Shown here: positions 25,341 to 37,754 of the stretch, in pieces | Layout of the letters: the number at the start of each line of letters is the position of its first letter | Numbering within the stretch: the first letter of the stretch is position 1 | Assembly (NCBI RefSeq): GCF_001194135.2 | Contig: NC_068983.1 | Span: 108,515,808-108,579,807 of the forward strand | DNA: 64,000 nt | Direction of reading: 5' to 3' | Source: Octopus bimaculoides | Lineage: Eukaryota | Made by a program: the position numbers and the translations under genes | Notes under the pieces: model-generated | Database searches by the model: none | Told to the model about the DNA's origin: nothing | Seen by the model: the letters and a program-made list of their open reading frames with translations, nothing else

Positions 25341-26250
25341 ATATGTAAGTGGCTGAACATTCCACAGACATGTGTACTCTTACTGTAATTCTCAGACAAA
25401 ATAAGTATGACACAATGTATAACAATGCTGTACCTTTTTTATTACAAGTACAATCCACCTGACGGCCTTCTACTCTGTTTCTGTAAGCCCAATTTTATGA
25501 TCTAGAAAATAATATATATCTAAGACACCATAACACCATACAGTGAGATTGAACCCGAGACTTCATGTTTGAAAAGCGAACTTCTTAACTATTGATGACA
25601 CTGTGCCTACCGATTTAATACACAACTGATATAAAGCCATTTCTTTTATCAAATTCATAAACAACTTACTAAACACACAATCACACAATTCAACTTTCTG
25701 TCTTGCTTCATACTTAATTATATTTTATTTCCAACTCATCAGAAGTAGTACCAACTATTATAAAATTCAAACAGACCTTTTATCTACAATACTTGGACTG
25801 TTTTGTCAATCATTCTGCTAGAAACTTTCATAAAAATCACACAAATAATCTATAAAGTGGTTTAAAGATAAATTAGAAATTAATTTGTTAATTTTTTACT
25901 CTCATCAATCTTATTTTCTATATCATGTACTATTCTTAACATATTTATTATCACTTCAGTATTTAGTAATTTTCCATTATTGAAATAAATTAATATATAT
26001 TTTATCGTTATGCAATATATATTTGCGTACAATATTTCACATTAAAAAACTTTAGTATTATAGGTTAAGGTTAGGAGTGAACACTTATCTGTGCACAAAA
26101 ATTAAGGTGTGCTGATGACAATACTGTTTTTAAGGCTAAAGTTGATGAATACTTTCATAGATTTATTCCAACAATTTTCAGTGTCAGTTTTCGCTTTCTT
26201 CATTTCAGGTCTGTGTTTATTACAAGAATTTTATCGTTTTACATTTAACC

Positions 26251-26293
<43 letters not shown>

Positions 26294-26334
26294 GCTACTT
26301 TCTTGTATACAAGCAAAGTCATTGCGAGAAAGGA

Positions 26335-26480
26335 TCACTGAAATGAGTCATATATAACGCAATGTGAGTCCCTTGTATGACTCTTGAGCCTGGTGAAAGA
26401 TTTGCACATTCTATTGCATAATGCACAGCTGTGCTGGCTAACAGAAGGTACAGGTTCCACAGTATGAACTCTTTTATAAG
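26335..26480 (-). mobile_element. LINE ORF2 C-terminal C2H2-like tip (RTE type)
   Basis: CALCNRMCKSFTRLKSHTR resembles the CxxCxRxCKSxxGLxSHxR end of RTE proteins. Confidence 0.55.
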
Positions 26481-26539
26481 TATGTATGCATGTATGTATG
26501 TATGTTTGCTTGTTTGTTTGTATGTATATGTTGAATAAA

Positions 26540-26960
26540 TAGCAGAACTTGAGGCGGTTCAACAGGGCTACACCAGGAAGATTGCATCAATGGAACAGCT
26601 GAGCTACTGGAAAAGACTGAAAGAGTTACTTCTCTACTCTCTAGAGTAAAGAAGAAGAGATATGTGATGATGTAAATATGGAAGATCCTAGAGGGGTTGG
26701 CACCAAATTTTGGCGTTGTGAGTTATACCAGGGCCCTGAACTGGATGTCACTACACTGTTTCAAAGGTCCGATGCATCACGTCTAGAATGTATTGCAATA
26801 GTTTGAGTTTCAAAGGTCATGGCTATTTAATATTTTGCCAAAACATCTGAGAGATCTACATGGAGATGGCAGATGTTTTCAAGAAAGAACTTGACCTCCT
26901 GCTGTCCAAGGTTTCAGATGAACATACATTATGGCAAAGGACTTAATAAATACTGGTGGT
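26540..26960 (+). mobile_element. CR1-clade LINE 3' fragment
   Basis: ELEAVQQGYTRKIASMEQLSYWKRLKEL..YSLE*RRR..IWKILEGLAPNFG..LFNILPKHLRDLHG..VFKKELD. Confidence 0.85.
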
Positions 26961-27167
26961 TCCCCAGTATGGTTGCAGTCTTTGGGCCGCAACACATAAG
27001 AGAATATCGTTTTCATGACTACTTTTCCATGCTCGCATGAGTCAGACAGAATTTGAGGAGGCAGAATGTTTTATGGCCATAATCTCTTCCTATTGCTAAT
27101 GCTCTTCCTATCATCAAAATAATAATAATAATAATAATAATAATAATTATAATAATAATAATAATAA

Positions 27168-27350
27168 TCATAGGCACAAGGCCTGAAATTTTGGTGGGGA
27201 GGGACTAGTCAATTGCATCGATCCCAGTGTTTCACTGGTACTTAATTCATCAACCCTGAAAGGACAAAAATCAAAGTCAACCTTGGTGGAATTTAAACTC
27301 AGAACAAAGTGAAGGGTGAAATAACACTTAGCATTTCACCCAGCATGCTT
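27168..27350 (-). mobile_element. SINE family A
   Basis: ggcacaaggcctgaaatttt..ggtacttaattcatcaaccctgaaagga..aactcagaac. Confidence 0.85.
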
Positions 27351-27879
27351 AATCATTTTATTTACCTAGCACATGATACTTGTCCCTTGCCACTATCATA
27401 ACTAAATCACAAAGGTTGGGCCATCAGTAACTACACTAGGTATCCTACAGAGCTTGCACTGTGAGGAGGGTTTTTCTTCTATTTGGTCACCCTACAGGAG
27501 AAAAAAGAAGACATGTCTAAGGGCAGATGAACACTAAGGAGTCAACAGCCATCCAAATGACATTTCTTTATTAGTTTTACTGATGAAGCCATTAGCACTT
27601 AGAACAGCAGTAATAATCATAATGAATAACCTGAGAAAAAAACTGGCAGAGAACATTTTCATGGGGTTAAATCTACCAGAGAGAGAAAAGGATTACTTTA
27701 GCCTTGGCTGGCAGCACCTCACTGACACAGCCTTCTTTATTAGTGTAATGCTCAATAAAAATCACCATAACTGCATTCATGAGAATGGAACCCTAAATGA
27801 AGGTTTCTTGCACTGCAAATGTTCCACTATGCAGTACGGTTGACCTGGTCCTTATCCAAATACTGCTACAAAGATTAGG

Positions 27880-29340
27880 AGAGATGGATTCAAAATGACA
27901 ATAGAACTGTTATGAAATGTATAACCAAAGCGAGCCAACCAAAATTGGATATAAGAAAAAAAAAATGCATAAAATTTGGACAAAGAAAGACATGTTCCCT
28001 ATCATGGAGCAAAGACTTCAAGACCAAAAAAATTTAATTGTGCAAAAGCAGTGGCTGTCCCAACCAGAACTGGAGGAGATCTCCACAATAGTGAAAGGAT
28101 GTGAACATGACTACACTGAACATGAAGAAGAAGAAGCAGCAAAACAAGGACAAGGAACAATGAGTCCCCACAAAAGAAACAATTGCTTGGATGAAGGCAA
28201 ATTTTATTTCGTGGAGGGAAAGGCTGTTACAGAAGAAGAAAGAAGCTTACTACTACACCTGAATGTGGCATAGAATAGTGAAAGAAAGAGACCCTGAGAG
28301 GAAATGAAAGAGGATAACTATATAAAGTAGTAAAAGTTATGGGTGAATTGTTAACAAATATCTACATTGAATGCATAACAGGCTTAAATGATCTCATATA
28401 CTGTGCAGCCTCTGTTGCTGTATATATTTTGGGGTTAAATGTTAAAGACAAACAATGGATAAGGCCTCATAATGAGAATGAAAGCTTGAAAATCAAACTG
28501 AGATCTTGGGTGGATAAATGTAATCACAGAAAAGAAGAGAGTGAAGGAAAGACACACAAATGGTTTGCAAAGGAAACATAACAAAAGACAGAAAGGACTG
28601 CAAGTAGGTAAAGAAGAACTAAAACAACAAATCAAAGCAGTGACAGGTAGAAAAACCAGAAAATTAATCAGTACCAGCAGAACAGACTCTTCAACAACAA
28701 TGAAAGAAAAGCATCAGGAAAATGATATGCCAGATACTGAAGCATCAAGAAAATTCTGGGCAAAAATCTGGTGCAAAGAAGTCCAACATAATATAAAAGC
28801 AGACTGGTTACAAGAATGTAAATGAGAAATGGAAGACACAATGGAACTGCAAGGCTAATTCATGCAACAAACTGAGAATATTGGGAGTGTAGATCACTGG
28901 CTCTGGTTGACAGATGGAAATTTGAAATGAGAAACAGAAGTGCTTATTAAAGTCACTCAGGAACAAGCCATTACAACAAATCTGATAAAGGCAAAGTTTG
29001 ACAAAACTCAGTCAGACAGTAAATGTAGAATCTGCAAGAAAGGAGACAAGAGTATCAATTACATTTTAAGTGAGTGCAATATACTAGCACAAAATGAGTA
29101 TAAGTGCAGACATGACCATGTAGGCCAAAGTGTGCATTGGAATGTTAGCCAAGTTTGTGGCTTCAAAGCAACAGAAAAGTGGTATGAACACGAATAGGAA
29201 ATGTGTTAGAAAATGAGAATTACAAGATCTTGTGGGACTTTGCTATAAAGACTGACCATGCTATTGAGGCAAGAAGACCAGACATTATTGAAGATGACAA
29301 AATAAACAAACATTGTAAGATCATAGATTTTGCATCTATG
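27880..29340 (+). mobile_element. R4/Dong-like (restriction-like endonuclease) non-LTR retrotransposon, internally deleted
   Basis: N-terminal YNQSEPTKIGY..HKIW..EQRLQDQK..WLS..ELEEI; FWAKIW..WLQECK; then directly LQG*FMQQ..WLTDGNLK*ETE..QEQAITTN, CRIC..(Y)ILSEC knuckle, ILWDFAIKTDH..RRPDII..IIDFA. No RT motifs seen. Confidence 0.88.
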
Positions 29341-31494
29341 TGTATAGCACCCCCACCCCATATATATATATATGTGTGTGTGTGTGTTTCTAATTGAATA
29401 TAGAAATGAAAGAGAAATGAATTCTATTTTTCAATCAGTTCCATCAAGTCAAATTCTGTTCTATTAGAATATAGTTTCAAACTAAAACTTCTAGTTTATG
29501 TTAGTAATTGGCAAGCATAATCTATATTGGCAGCTTCCTATTTTCAATATTGTAGAACACTGATCCCTCAAAATTTCTCTTCACTTTTTTTTTTCTCAGA
29601 AATATTTCACTTGTCATAAATATTTCAAACTTTTTGCAAAACCTGAGTTATGATATGCTACTTTCTCCATGTTAGCCTTCATAACTTTGAATGGAGGCCA
29701 AAATGAAACCATCAAACAGAACATTAACCTAAATTTCTACCAACAATGTCTGAGATCTGATTTATTTAGTATTGATTCTTACAATATTTTATGATCACAT
29801 TTATGAATTTTGAGAAGAAAAAAAGATAGTATTTCATATCTGTTTTATAATACACATTGGAAATAAAACTGTTTCATTGCTTACATCTTACACCCAGACA
29901 TGATCAGAGCAAAAATGCATGCTCTCTAGGAAATGTTGAGTAACACAGAAGCATTAAAGCATTTGGTGAACAATTGTGGTATATGATGAAAAGATCTGAA
30001 GCATTTGAAGAAGAATTATGGTAATTCTCTATAACTTTTATGTAACTTTTTCAAGATATTTTTATTTCATGATTCAAATAGTTGTCCTTTTTTTTCATCA
30101 AATGAAAATCATTATGAATATATTTCAGGTAGTGACAGAAAATAATGAAGCTGTGTATTTGTATTTAATTATTAGCCAACTTCTGAGACTGTTGACTTAC
30201 TAAAACATTCTTGTGTAAGTTTTCTGATACATCAAAAAGAAAGAAAAAGAAAATTAAAACCCATTTATATATCTGTTTCAAATTTGAATTAATGTTACTT
30301 TTTCCTCATTTAAGCAGTGTAATGATACTGGCAAAGAAATATTTTCTGTCAAGATTCTTAATTAAATGTGAATCTTGATTAAAATAAATCACTAGTTCAT
30401 TAGATGTAAATAATTTTCTATGTGAAATTACTGTGCTAAATTTCAAGAAACAACACCGATACAGTAAAATTCAAGAGCAAAACTTAATCTTTTCTTAACC
30501 TCAGCCAAATGACTGAAGAAATGATTCCCCGTTTTAAGTAACACATTTGGTCATATCTTTGTCAAGAAATTTACAATACATTTTAATTCATGTGAATGTA
30601 GTAAGAGGACATTTAGAAACTCTTTCTTAATTTCAAGGATTCTATCTGATTATAGTTTAAATAGAGCAGATGTTATCTGTTCTGAAATTAAACATTAATG
30701 AAACCAATATTTTTGCTGTTGTTATATGATTTAAAATTGTAGCTATATTTCTTCCAATGGACTAGCCTAAATAAGGAGTTGTGTCTATGGATTTTGAGAC
30801 CCTTCAAGTTCAGTAATATTGCCATAGTTGGTGTTCCTCTGTAACAATTGCAAGAATAGCGTGAGCATAGGGCTGGAATTCTATGCTGAGGAGGAACTAG
30901 AAGAAGTGGTTAATGCAGAACCTGGGTGAGGGAATAATATGAGTGATGAAAGGAAAAATGAGTAAGCTGAAAAGAGCTGAGTGTAAGAAGTACAAAACTG
31001 GCTTATTTTTGAGAATTAAGACCATGATAGTAGTGATACAAGAGGCAAGGAGGGTAGATGGCATATAAGTGGGTGAGAGGTTAGTGTTTGTTGGCAAGCA
31101 ACTTCATTCTACTCAATAGAGTAGCCATTTTAAAATGTGATCTAGGATGTTTAATGGGTAGAAGCAGCCCCATATCTATCAAATATTCTCAAAAGCCACG
31201 TTAATGTTTTTCAATAAACATCATCATCACCATTGTTGTCATCTCCTTCCTCAAATCTGAGGATTGGTTTTCCATTCTGGACAAATATTTGAACTACTGA
31301 TGCTGGTGACAAATGTGGTGAAAGAGGTCAATCTTTGTATAGAACATAAAATTGCATTGGCCATATGTGAATGTCAGAGTTGGTCATGATTGCTGCTATC
31401 TGGCCTACCATTGCCGTTGCCGTTGTCTCTCCTCCTGTTTCTTTTTTATTCTGGCTCTTTCAAACAATATTACATTATTTTTGTTTTTGTTGTG

Positions 31495-31630
31495 TTAGTA
31501 ACTGGGATGGTATGTTACAGTTGTTTCAAAAGCCAAGAAGTCTAAGCCGGTCTGCTTCAGAGTTGACCTTAGCTGATCATTGTAGCATCGAAGAAGTGCT
31601 GCTCTTTGTTTTTTCACAGTTGTCGGTTTA
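31495..31630 (-). CDS. Candidate terminal exon (KPTTVKKQRAALLRCYNDQLRSTLKQTGLDFLAFETTVTYHPSY*)
   Basis: tttattatgtttatgttcag| acceptor; only one frame open; GC above background; AATAAA ~45 nt after the stop. Confidence 0.4.
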
Positions 31631-31714
31631 CTGAACATAAACATAATAAACATAAACGTACATGAAATGACTTCTGACAATTTTTGAAAAATGACAAAAA
31701 ACTCAGAGAAAAAT

Positions 31715-31840
31715 TCATGTTTCGATAGAATAAGTACTAGGCTTCTAAAGAATAAGTCCTGGGGTCGATTTGCTCGAATAAAGGTGGTGCTCCAGCATGG
31801 CCACAGTCAAATGACTGAAACAAGTAAAAGAGTAAAAGAG
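31715..31840 (+). mobile_element. SINE family B, 3' end
   Basis: gatagaataagtactaggc..gaataagtcctggggtcgatttgctcg..ggtgctccagcatggcc..gaaacaagtaaaagag. Confidence 0.9.
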
Positions 31841-32435
31841 TTTCTTTTATCAAATATTGTACTTAAAGATTAACAGTATGTGACCATAGCACTTGCCAAC
31901 CCAGCAGCAACAGAGATATAATCAAGTAACTTTTTGGTAACCTTTTAGCATACAGTCAAACATAATATCAACTTTTTCAGTGTGGTGTGCGATAGCTGAA
32001 TATTTTCTTCTCACAAAGTTGAATGACACCAGCAATTTATAAGGGATTCTGACAGGAAATAGCTTTGTCCTTTCATCAACTGTAGTCATATTTGCTATTC
32101 ATATCTAATTGTGATCCAACAAGTTATTGTACTTCTTAGAGTTCTTGAGCAATTGGCCAGAGACAAATATTTCTGTCATAGCTGATAAACACTTTTCATA
32201 TCAGCAGACATTTAATGACTATTTCTAAATCTACTGAAAGAAAATATTTATTGAATTCAATTTAAGATGAGGGATTTATTTTGAATATTTTAGATGATAA
32301 TCTAATGGTCAAGTTATCAACTTTGTAAACGAGTTTTCTTGAATTTTTTAAATTTTGTAAATAAAATTTCGTTTCAAAGCATACCATTTAGCTACTTTTA
32401 ATTCATCTTGAAATAAATAGATAAATAAAATTTCT

Positions 32436-32810
32436 GTGGCTATGTGGTAAGAAGCTTGCTTCCCAACCACATGGTTCTGGGTTCAGTCTCTCTGCATGGC
32501 ACTTTGGGCAAGTGCCTTCTGCTATAGTCTTGGGCCGACCAAAGCCTTGTGAGTGGATTTGGTAGACAGAAATGGAAAGAAACCTGTCGTGTATACATAT
32601 ATACATGTTTGTTTGTCTGTGTTCCCCCCTCCCCAATATCGCCTGACAACTGATGTTGGTGTGTTTACATCTCTGTAACTTAGCAGTGTGGTAAAAGAGA
32701 CAGATAGAATAAGTACTAGGGTTACAAAGAATAAGTCTTGGAGTGATTTGTTCGACTAAAGGCAGTGTTCCAGTGTTTCAAATGATGGAAACAAGTAAAA
32801 GAATAAAAGA
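32436..32810 (+). mobile_element. SINE family B, full length
   Basis: gtggctatgtggtaag head, ggttcagtc B-box, ccttgtgagtggatttggtagac core, gaaacaagtaaaag tail. Confidence 0.92.
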
Positions 32811-33979
32811 ATTCAAATAGTTACAGATTTTACATATCTTCCAGTACCAATTATAATGAAACCTACTTCTGGAACCTATCTATTAAGCATGCTGGTATAA
32901 AAATGCAAATTTAATAGTGGCACCTACACATTATTTTCAAATTCAGCCAGAGTTAACTGACAATAACCAGTAATAAGAATTGTGTAGCTGGAACCAATCA
33001 TTAGTTTATATAAAAATGAAATTGAACTATTACAGCAAAAATATGACATTTTTGAAAACTTATGAAAAGTGGGAATGAATGATGTATGACAAAGAAGGAC
33101 AGTTTTTTTCTGTTGTGTATATGAAATGATTAAGAACATAAAACAACTCACAGCAGTGTGAAAAAAATATGAATGTAAATTAATGATGATGATGATGGTC
33201 ACAAATTGAACTCTCTTCAGCTCAGGAAAAGATGAAATATTCAACTATCATTAATAAACAGAAGAAAGAGAGATAAAAATGCTGCATTTAAAGTGAGCAT
33301 TTTTAAAAATTGAGCCTGATACTAGCAATGTTGGAAGATTTCTATGGAGTTGGGTGAAAAAGACAGTGTCCACATTGATTCTGCAGATAAATAATAATGA
33401 AGACAGAGAAAGTGAGATAAAGAAGGAGAGAGAGAGAGATGCAGATGAATTCTTTCAAATACAGTGATATAGTTAATTTTGTTTATACTGACAACACACA
33501 AGCAGTTATATACAAACAGTTATAAGGACTTGATGCATGCGTAGAATCTAATATTTATTAGAATGTAGTTGACAGAGACATCAAAATTTCACTAGTAGTG
33601 GCTTATTCAAACTGATTGAAGCTACACCCACTAAAACTCCAGAATCATGGTCAAGAAAATTATAACAAAGACAAGATGTGTGTATGTGTGTAGAGAGAAA
33701 GAGAAAAAGAAAAACTTCATAAATAGTTATACCAATGATAATATTGTTAAGGTGGCTAAATAAGGGGAAAAATCAGAAATTGATGTATCTTAATAAAAGA
33801 TATAGACTAGTATAGTAAAAAAAAAATATCATTCACAAGAAATAACAATAAAAAGGAAGACACTGTCAGTTTTGATTTAAATTTAATGACTGACTTAAAG
33901 ACATTAATGTATAGAGTCTATTATTCCATTCAATAAAACTTAGCATATAGAATACACATTAATATTAGTGACGTTGTAA

Positions 33980-34445
33980 CATTGGCACAAGGCCATGAAT
34001 TTTAGGAGAGGGTATAGTTGATTAAACTGCACTCAGTACTTGACAGGCACTTTATTTTACCAACCCAAGAAGGATGGAAGACAAATTTGCTCTTGGCAAG
34101 ATTTGAACTTAGAATGTAAAGGACTATAGTAAAATATCAGATGTCAGTTTTTTCTGAATCTTTTGCAATTGTACAAATTCACTAGAGAATGAGTAAAAAT
34201 AGCAATAAAAGGAAACTGACTAATATTACCTTTACTCATATAGCTTTCAATTTTTAGCACATTCCTAGCAATATTGGGGGAGTAGGTAAGTCAATTACAT
34301 CGACCCTAGTGCTCAACTGTTTTATCAACCACGAAAGGATGAAAGGCAAAGACAGCTTTGGTGGAATTTGAACTCAGAATGTAAAGATAGATGAAATGTT
34401 GCTAAGTATTTTGCCCAGCATGCTAATGATTCAGCCAGCTTGTTG
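33980..34445 (-). mobile_element. Two decayed SINE family A copies (~33980-34130, ~34250-34445)
   Basis: ggcacaaggcc..gaaggatg..atttgaacttagaatg; gaaaggatgaaaggcaaag..gaatttgaactcagaatg. Confidence 0.75.
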
Positions 34446-34844
34446 CTTTATGACCATTACTCATATTGAAGTGGTTGTTGATTTATGGTAAGTAATATAC
34501 TGTTGACCAAGTTTCAGTTTCCATCTAGAATTAATTTACATTTATTACAAGTTTTGAGTAAGGTATGAATGTTACAACTTTTTACTTCTCCATTCTTTAA
34601 TAACAAAAATTTCTAACAATAAGTGAGTCTCTAAGTAGCTTCTTCACCTGTAACAGAAGTGAATAAATCTCTCTGTAATCACACTTTGCCTTTCTAAAAA
34701 TGGATGGGCATTGTTTTCCTACAGAAAGCTGGTATGGATATGCTTGGAATACTTTTTCCACAAATCTGCTTCATTAAGATTTACCTAGAGCTACATAGCA
34801 ATGACATAAATAGCAATATCTGTTGTTTATTTAAGAAATTATTA

Positions 34845-35030
34845 AAGCAGCAAGCTGGCTGAATTGTTAGCATGCCAGCAAAATACTTAGCAGTATTTCA
34901 TCTGTCCTTATGTTCTGAGATCAAATTCCGTGGAGGCCAATGAAATAAGTACCAGCTATGCACTAGGATTGATGTAATCGACCAACTCCCTCCTCTAAAA
35001 TTTCAAGCCTTGTGCCTATAGTAGAAAGGA
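34845..35030 (+). mobile_element. SINE family A with internal core deletion and ~18-bp target-site duplication
   Basis: ttatttaagaaat(t/c)atta at 34827-34844 and 35031-35048. Confidence 0.85.
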
Positions 35031-35503
35031 TTATTTAAGAAATCATTACTGATATTAGAGAAGCTATGTTAAATGATATGGAACAGAGTTTAGCCACTGG
35101 TAAGCCAAGGCAATATATCAGTTTCGATCTCTGGTTGTGGTAATTTCATTTTATTTATCAGGATAACACTTTTGAGAGTGACATGAATGGTGTAATCTTG
35201 TTTTATATTTCTACTAATGATAAAACCATTTGAATAGCAGGCAGCCAGAACTATAAGGAGATGGTTTCAGTTGTTTCACTGTTTACTAGTTTATCATTTC
35301 ATTGTTCTAAATTTTAATCAAATGTTTACTTTCTGCTTCATCCCTAAATCATTTGCTTCTATCCAAATAATTTTTGCCACTGTTGACAGTAACAAAACTT
35401 TTAACAAAATGACTAATTATTTATTACTTTCCAACAAGAAATATTACAGAATGTTGAAACAAATAGATATAATCATATTTTGTCTTGTGTAATGAAATTA
35501 TGA

Positions 35504-35537
<34 letters not shown>

Positions 35538-35581
35538 TGGAGCTGACCCAAAATGCCGATTTTGTAACAATGCGATTGAAA

Positions 35582-36177
35582 NNNNNNNNNNNNNNNNNNN
35601 NNNNNNNNNNNNNNNNNNNNNNNNNNNNNNNNNNNNNNNNNNNNNNNNNNNNNNNNNNNNNNNNNNNNNNNNNNNNNNNNNNNNNNNNNNNNNNNNNNNN
35701 NNNNNNNNNNNNNNNNNNNNNNNNNNNNNNNNNNNNNNNNNNNNNNNNNNNNNNNNNNNNNNNNNNNNNNNNNNNNNNNNNNNNNNNNNNNNNNNNNNNN
35801 NNNNNNNNNNNNNNNNNNNNNNNNNNNNNNNNNNNNNNNNNNNNNNNNNNNNNNNNNNNNNNNNNNNNNNNNNNNNNNNNNNNNNNNNNNNNNNNNNNNN
35901 NNNNNNNNNNNNNNNNNNNNNNNNNNNNNNNNNNNNNNNNNNNNNNNNNNNNNNNNNNNNNNNNNNNNNNNNNNNNNNNNNNNNNNNNNNNNNNNNNNNN
36001 NNNNNNNNNNNNNNNNNNNNNNNNNNNNNNNNNNNNNNNNNNNNNNNNNNNNNNNNNNNNNNNNNNNNNNNNNNNNNNNNNNNNNNNNNNNNNNNNNNNN
36101 NNNNNNNNNNNNNNNNNNNNNNNNNNNNNNNNNNNNNNNNNNNNNNNNNNNNNNNNNNNNNNNNNNNNNNNNNNNNN
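35582..36177. other. Assembly gap (largest of seven)
   Basis: Other gaps at 13457-13466, 14886-14988, 17360-17386, 45531-45600, 56972-57145 and 60429-60438; all adjoin or lie near microsatellites. Confidence 0.99.
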
Positions 36178-36189
36178 AATAATAATATT

Positions 36190-36227
<38 letters not shown>

Positions 36228-36440
36228 GAAGGTGGCAAGCTGGCAGAATTGTTAGCACACTGGAAGAAATGCTTAGTGGTATTTTGCCTGTCGTTACATT
36301 CTGAGTTCAAATTCCGCCAAGATCAACTTTGCCTTTCATTCTTTCAGGGTCAAGAAATTTAGTACCAGTAAAACATGGGTTGATGTATTCAACTAGTCCC
36401 CTTCCCCAAAATTTCAGGCCTTGTGCCTATAGTAGAAAGG
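36228..36440 (+). mobile_element. SINE family A, full length
   Basis: Matches 16526-16739. Confidence 0.92.
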
Positions 36441-36459
36441 ATCATTATTATTATTATTA

Positions 36460-37050
36460 TTAATTCATCTGTCATTGTTGACAATAACCAAGGATATCAT
36501 ATGGAGAAGAAAATAGTGTATACAACTGTGGCTGACTAGTTTGATGCATGATCATAAATTTCTGCCATGTGTTGGGCACCAGTAGTCTGTTGGGATTGAA
36601 GGCAAAGAGTTGGCTCTGGACTTGCACAGTTTGTGTTTTCTTTGTGTCTTTGCAATCCTGTTCTGTTTTTAGGAAGTGACACCTCTGTTGTTACAACTTC
36701 TCCTCACAGGGTGGTTTTGTGCTTGTGTTTCACATATTTTTATCATCTTTACACTCAAACAAAATTATCATCATTAAATTAACAGCAGTTTTGGGGGAAA
36801 GGTGTATAGTTGTTCGACCAGATATATGAATATTTCCCAGACCTTGTAGTTAGTTGATACATATCTGCCTGCTTACATCTAAGTGCTATAGAATGGTGGC
36901 ATGATTTAAGTGAACTGAGTCTGCATCCCAATTGGATAAACTTACACTTTTTATCTGGAACTGTGAGGTCAATCAATAAATTCTGCTATACTACTTGCCT
37001 GTATCATTGAATCTTTAGAGAAGTGCAATGACCAAACTCTTTGGTAAAGA
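36460..37050 (-). mobile_element. Decayed RTE-BovB-like LINE 3' coding fragment
   Basis: RRSCNNRGVTS*KQNRIAKTQRKHKLCKSRANSLPSIPTDYWCPTHGRNL*SCIKLVSHSCIH resembles the C-terminus CPTCGR.FRARIGLxSH.R.H. Confidence 0.7.
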
Positions 37051-37444
37051 TCATGGGACATTTTTTGTTTCACTTTTCACTACTCAGGATTGATTTATTG
37101 AATAATTCCCCTTTTTTGTTCCTTAAATGTTATTTTACGCAATTCCTCAATGTAATCTAGTGATAATGCATGTTTTATCTCAGTTTTTTTCAGTCAGATT
37201 TTGATAAATTTTCCTTATGATATTAGAAAGTATATTTTTTCTATAAGATGATATGATCAATTATCTTCCATTGACCAAAAGCACAGTATTACAACCCTAT
37301 ATACTTTACTAGCACTTACCAAGGCTTAGTATTCTGGAGAAATAAAAGTCAAGAGTACACTTGGGATTAGAACACAAAAAATTTAAATCATCAAAACAGA
37401 TGTAATAAAATATTTTGCTTAGCTTATTTCTAATACAATCACAA

Positions 37445-37625
37445 AGTTACAAATTTGGGTAAGAGTTTAGTTGATAAAATTGACCCCAGTACTTAATACT
37501 TACTTTATTTTAATCAACTCTGGAAGGGTAAAAGACAAAGTTGACCTGAGTAGGAACATAAGGATCTGGACAAATATTTCAAACTGTTTTATCTGAAGTT
37601 ATACCAATTCTACCAATCCATATAA
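37445..37625 (-). mobile_element. Decayed SINE family A
   Basis: ttgaccccagtac..tttattttaatcaactctggaagggtaaaagacaaagttgacc. Confidence 0.65.
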
Positions 37626-37754
37626 CTAGTATAAAATATACTTACAACAAAATGAAGAGAATATTACCATAAGTGGTATTACAATATGACAATCGAAACC
37701 ATATTCAGAAACTTTCTAATCTTTAAACTAAATATGAAACAATGTAGAATAAGC

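Noticed and set aside
27110-27168. (TAA)n as the target site of the Dong-like element
   Set aside because: Separated from the element by a SINE and several hundred bases; junction not demonstrable.
27575-27625. CTGATGAAGCC upstream of the R4-like element as a hammerhead
   Set aside because: No proper GAAA box, and stems I and II cannot be paired.
35424-36258. ORFs of 230-267 aa
   Set aside because: Span the N-gap; artefacts.
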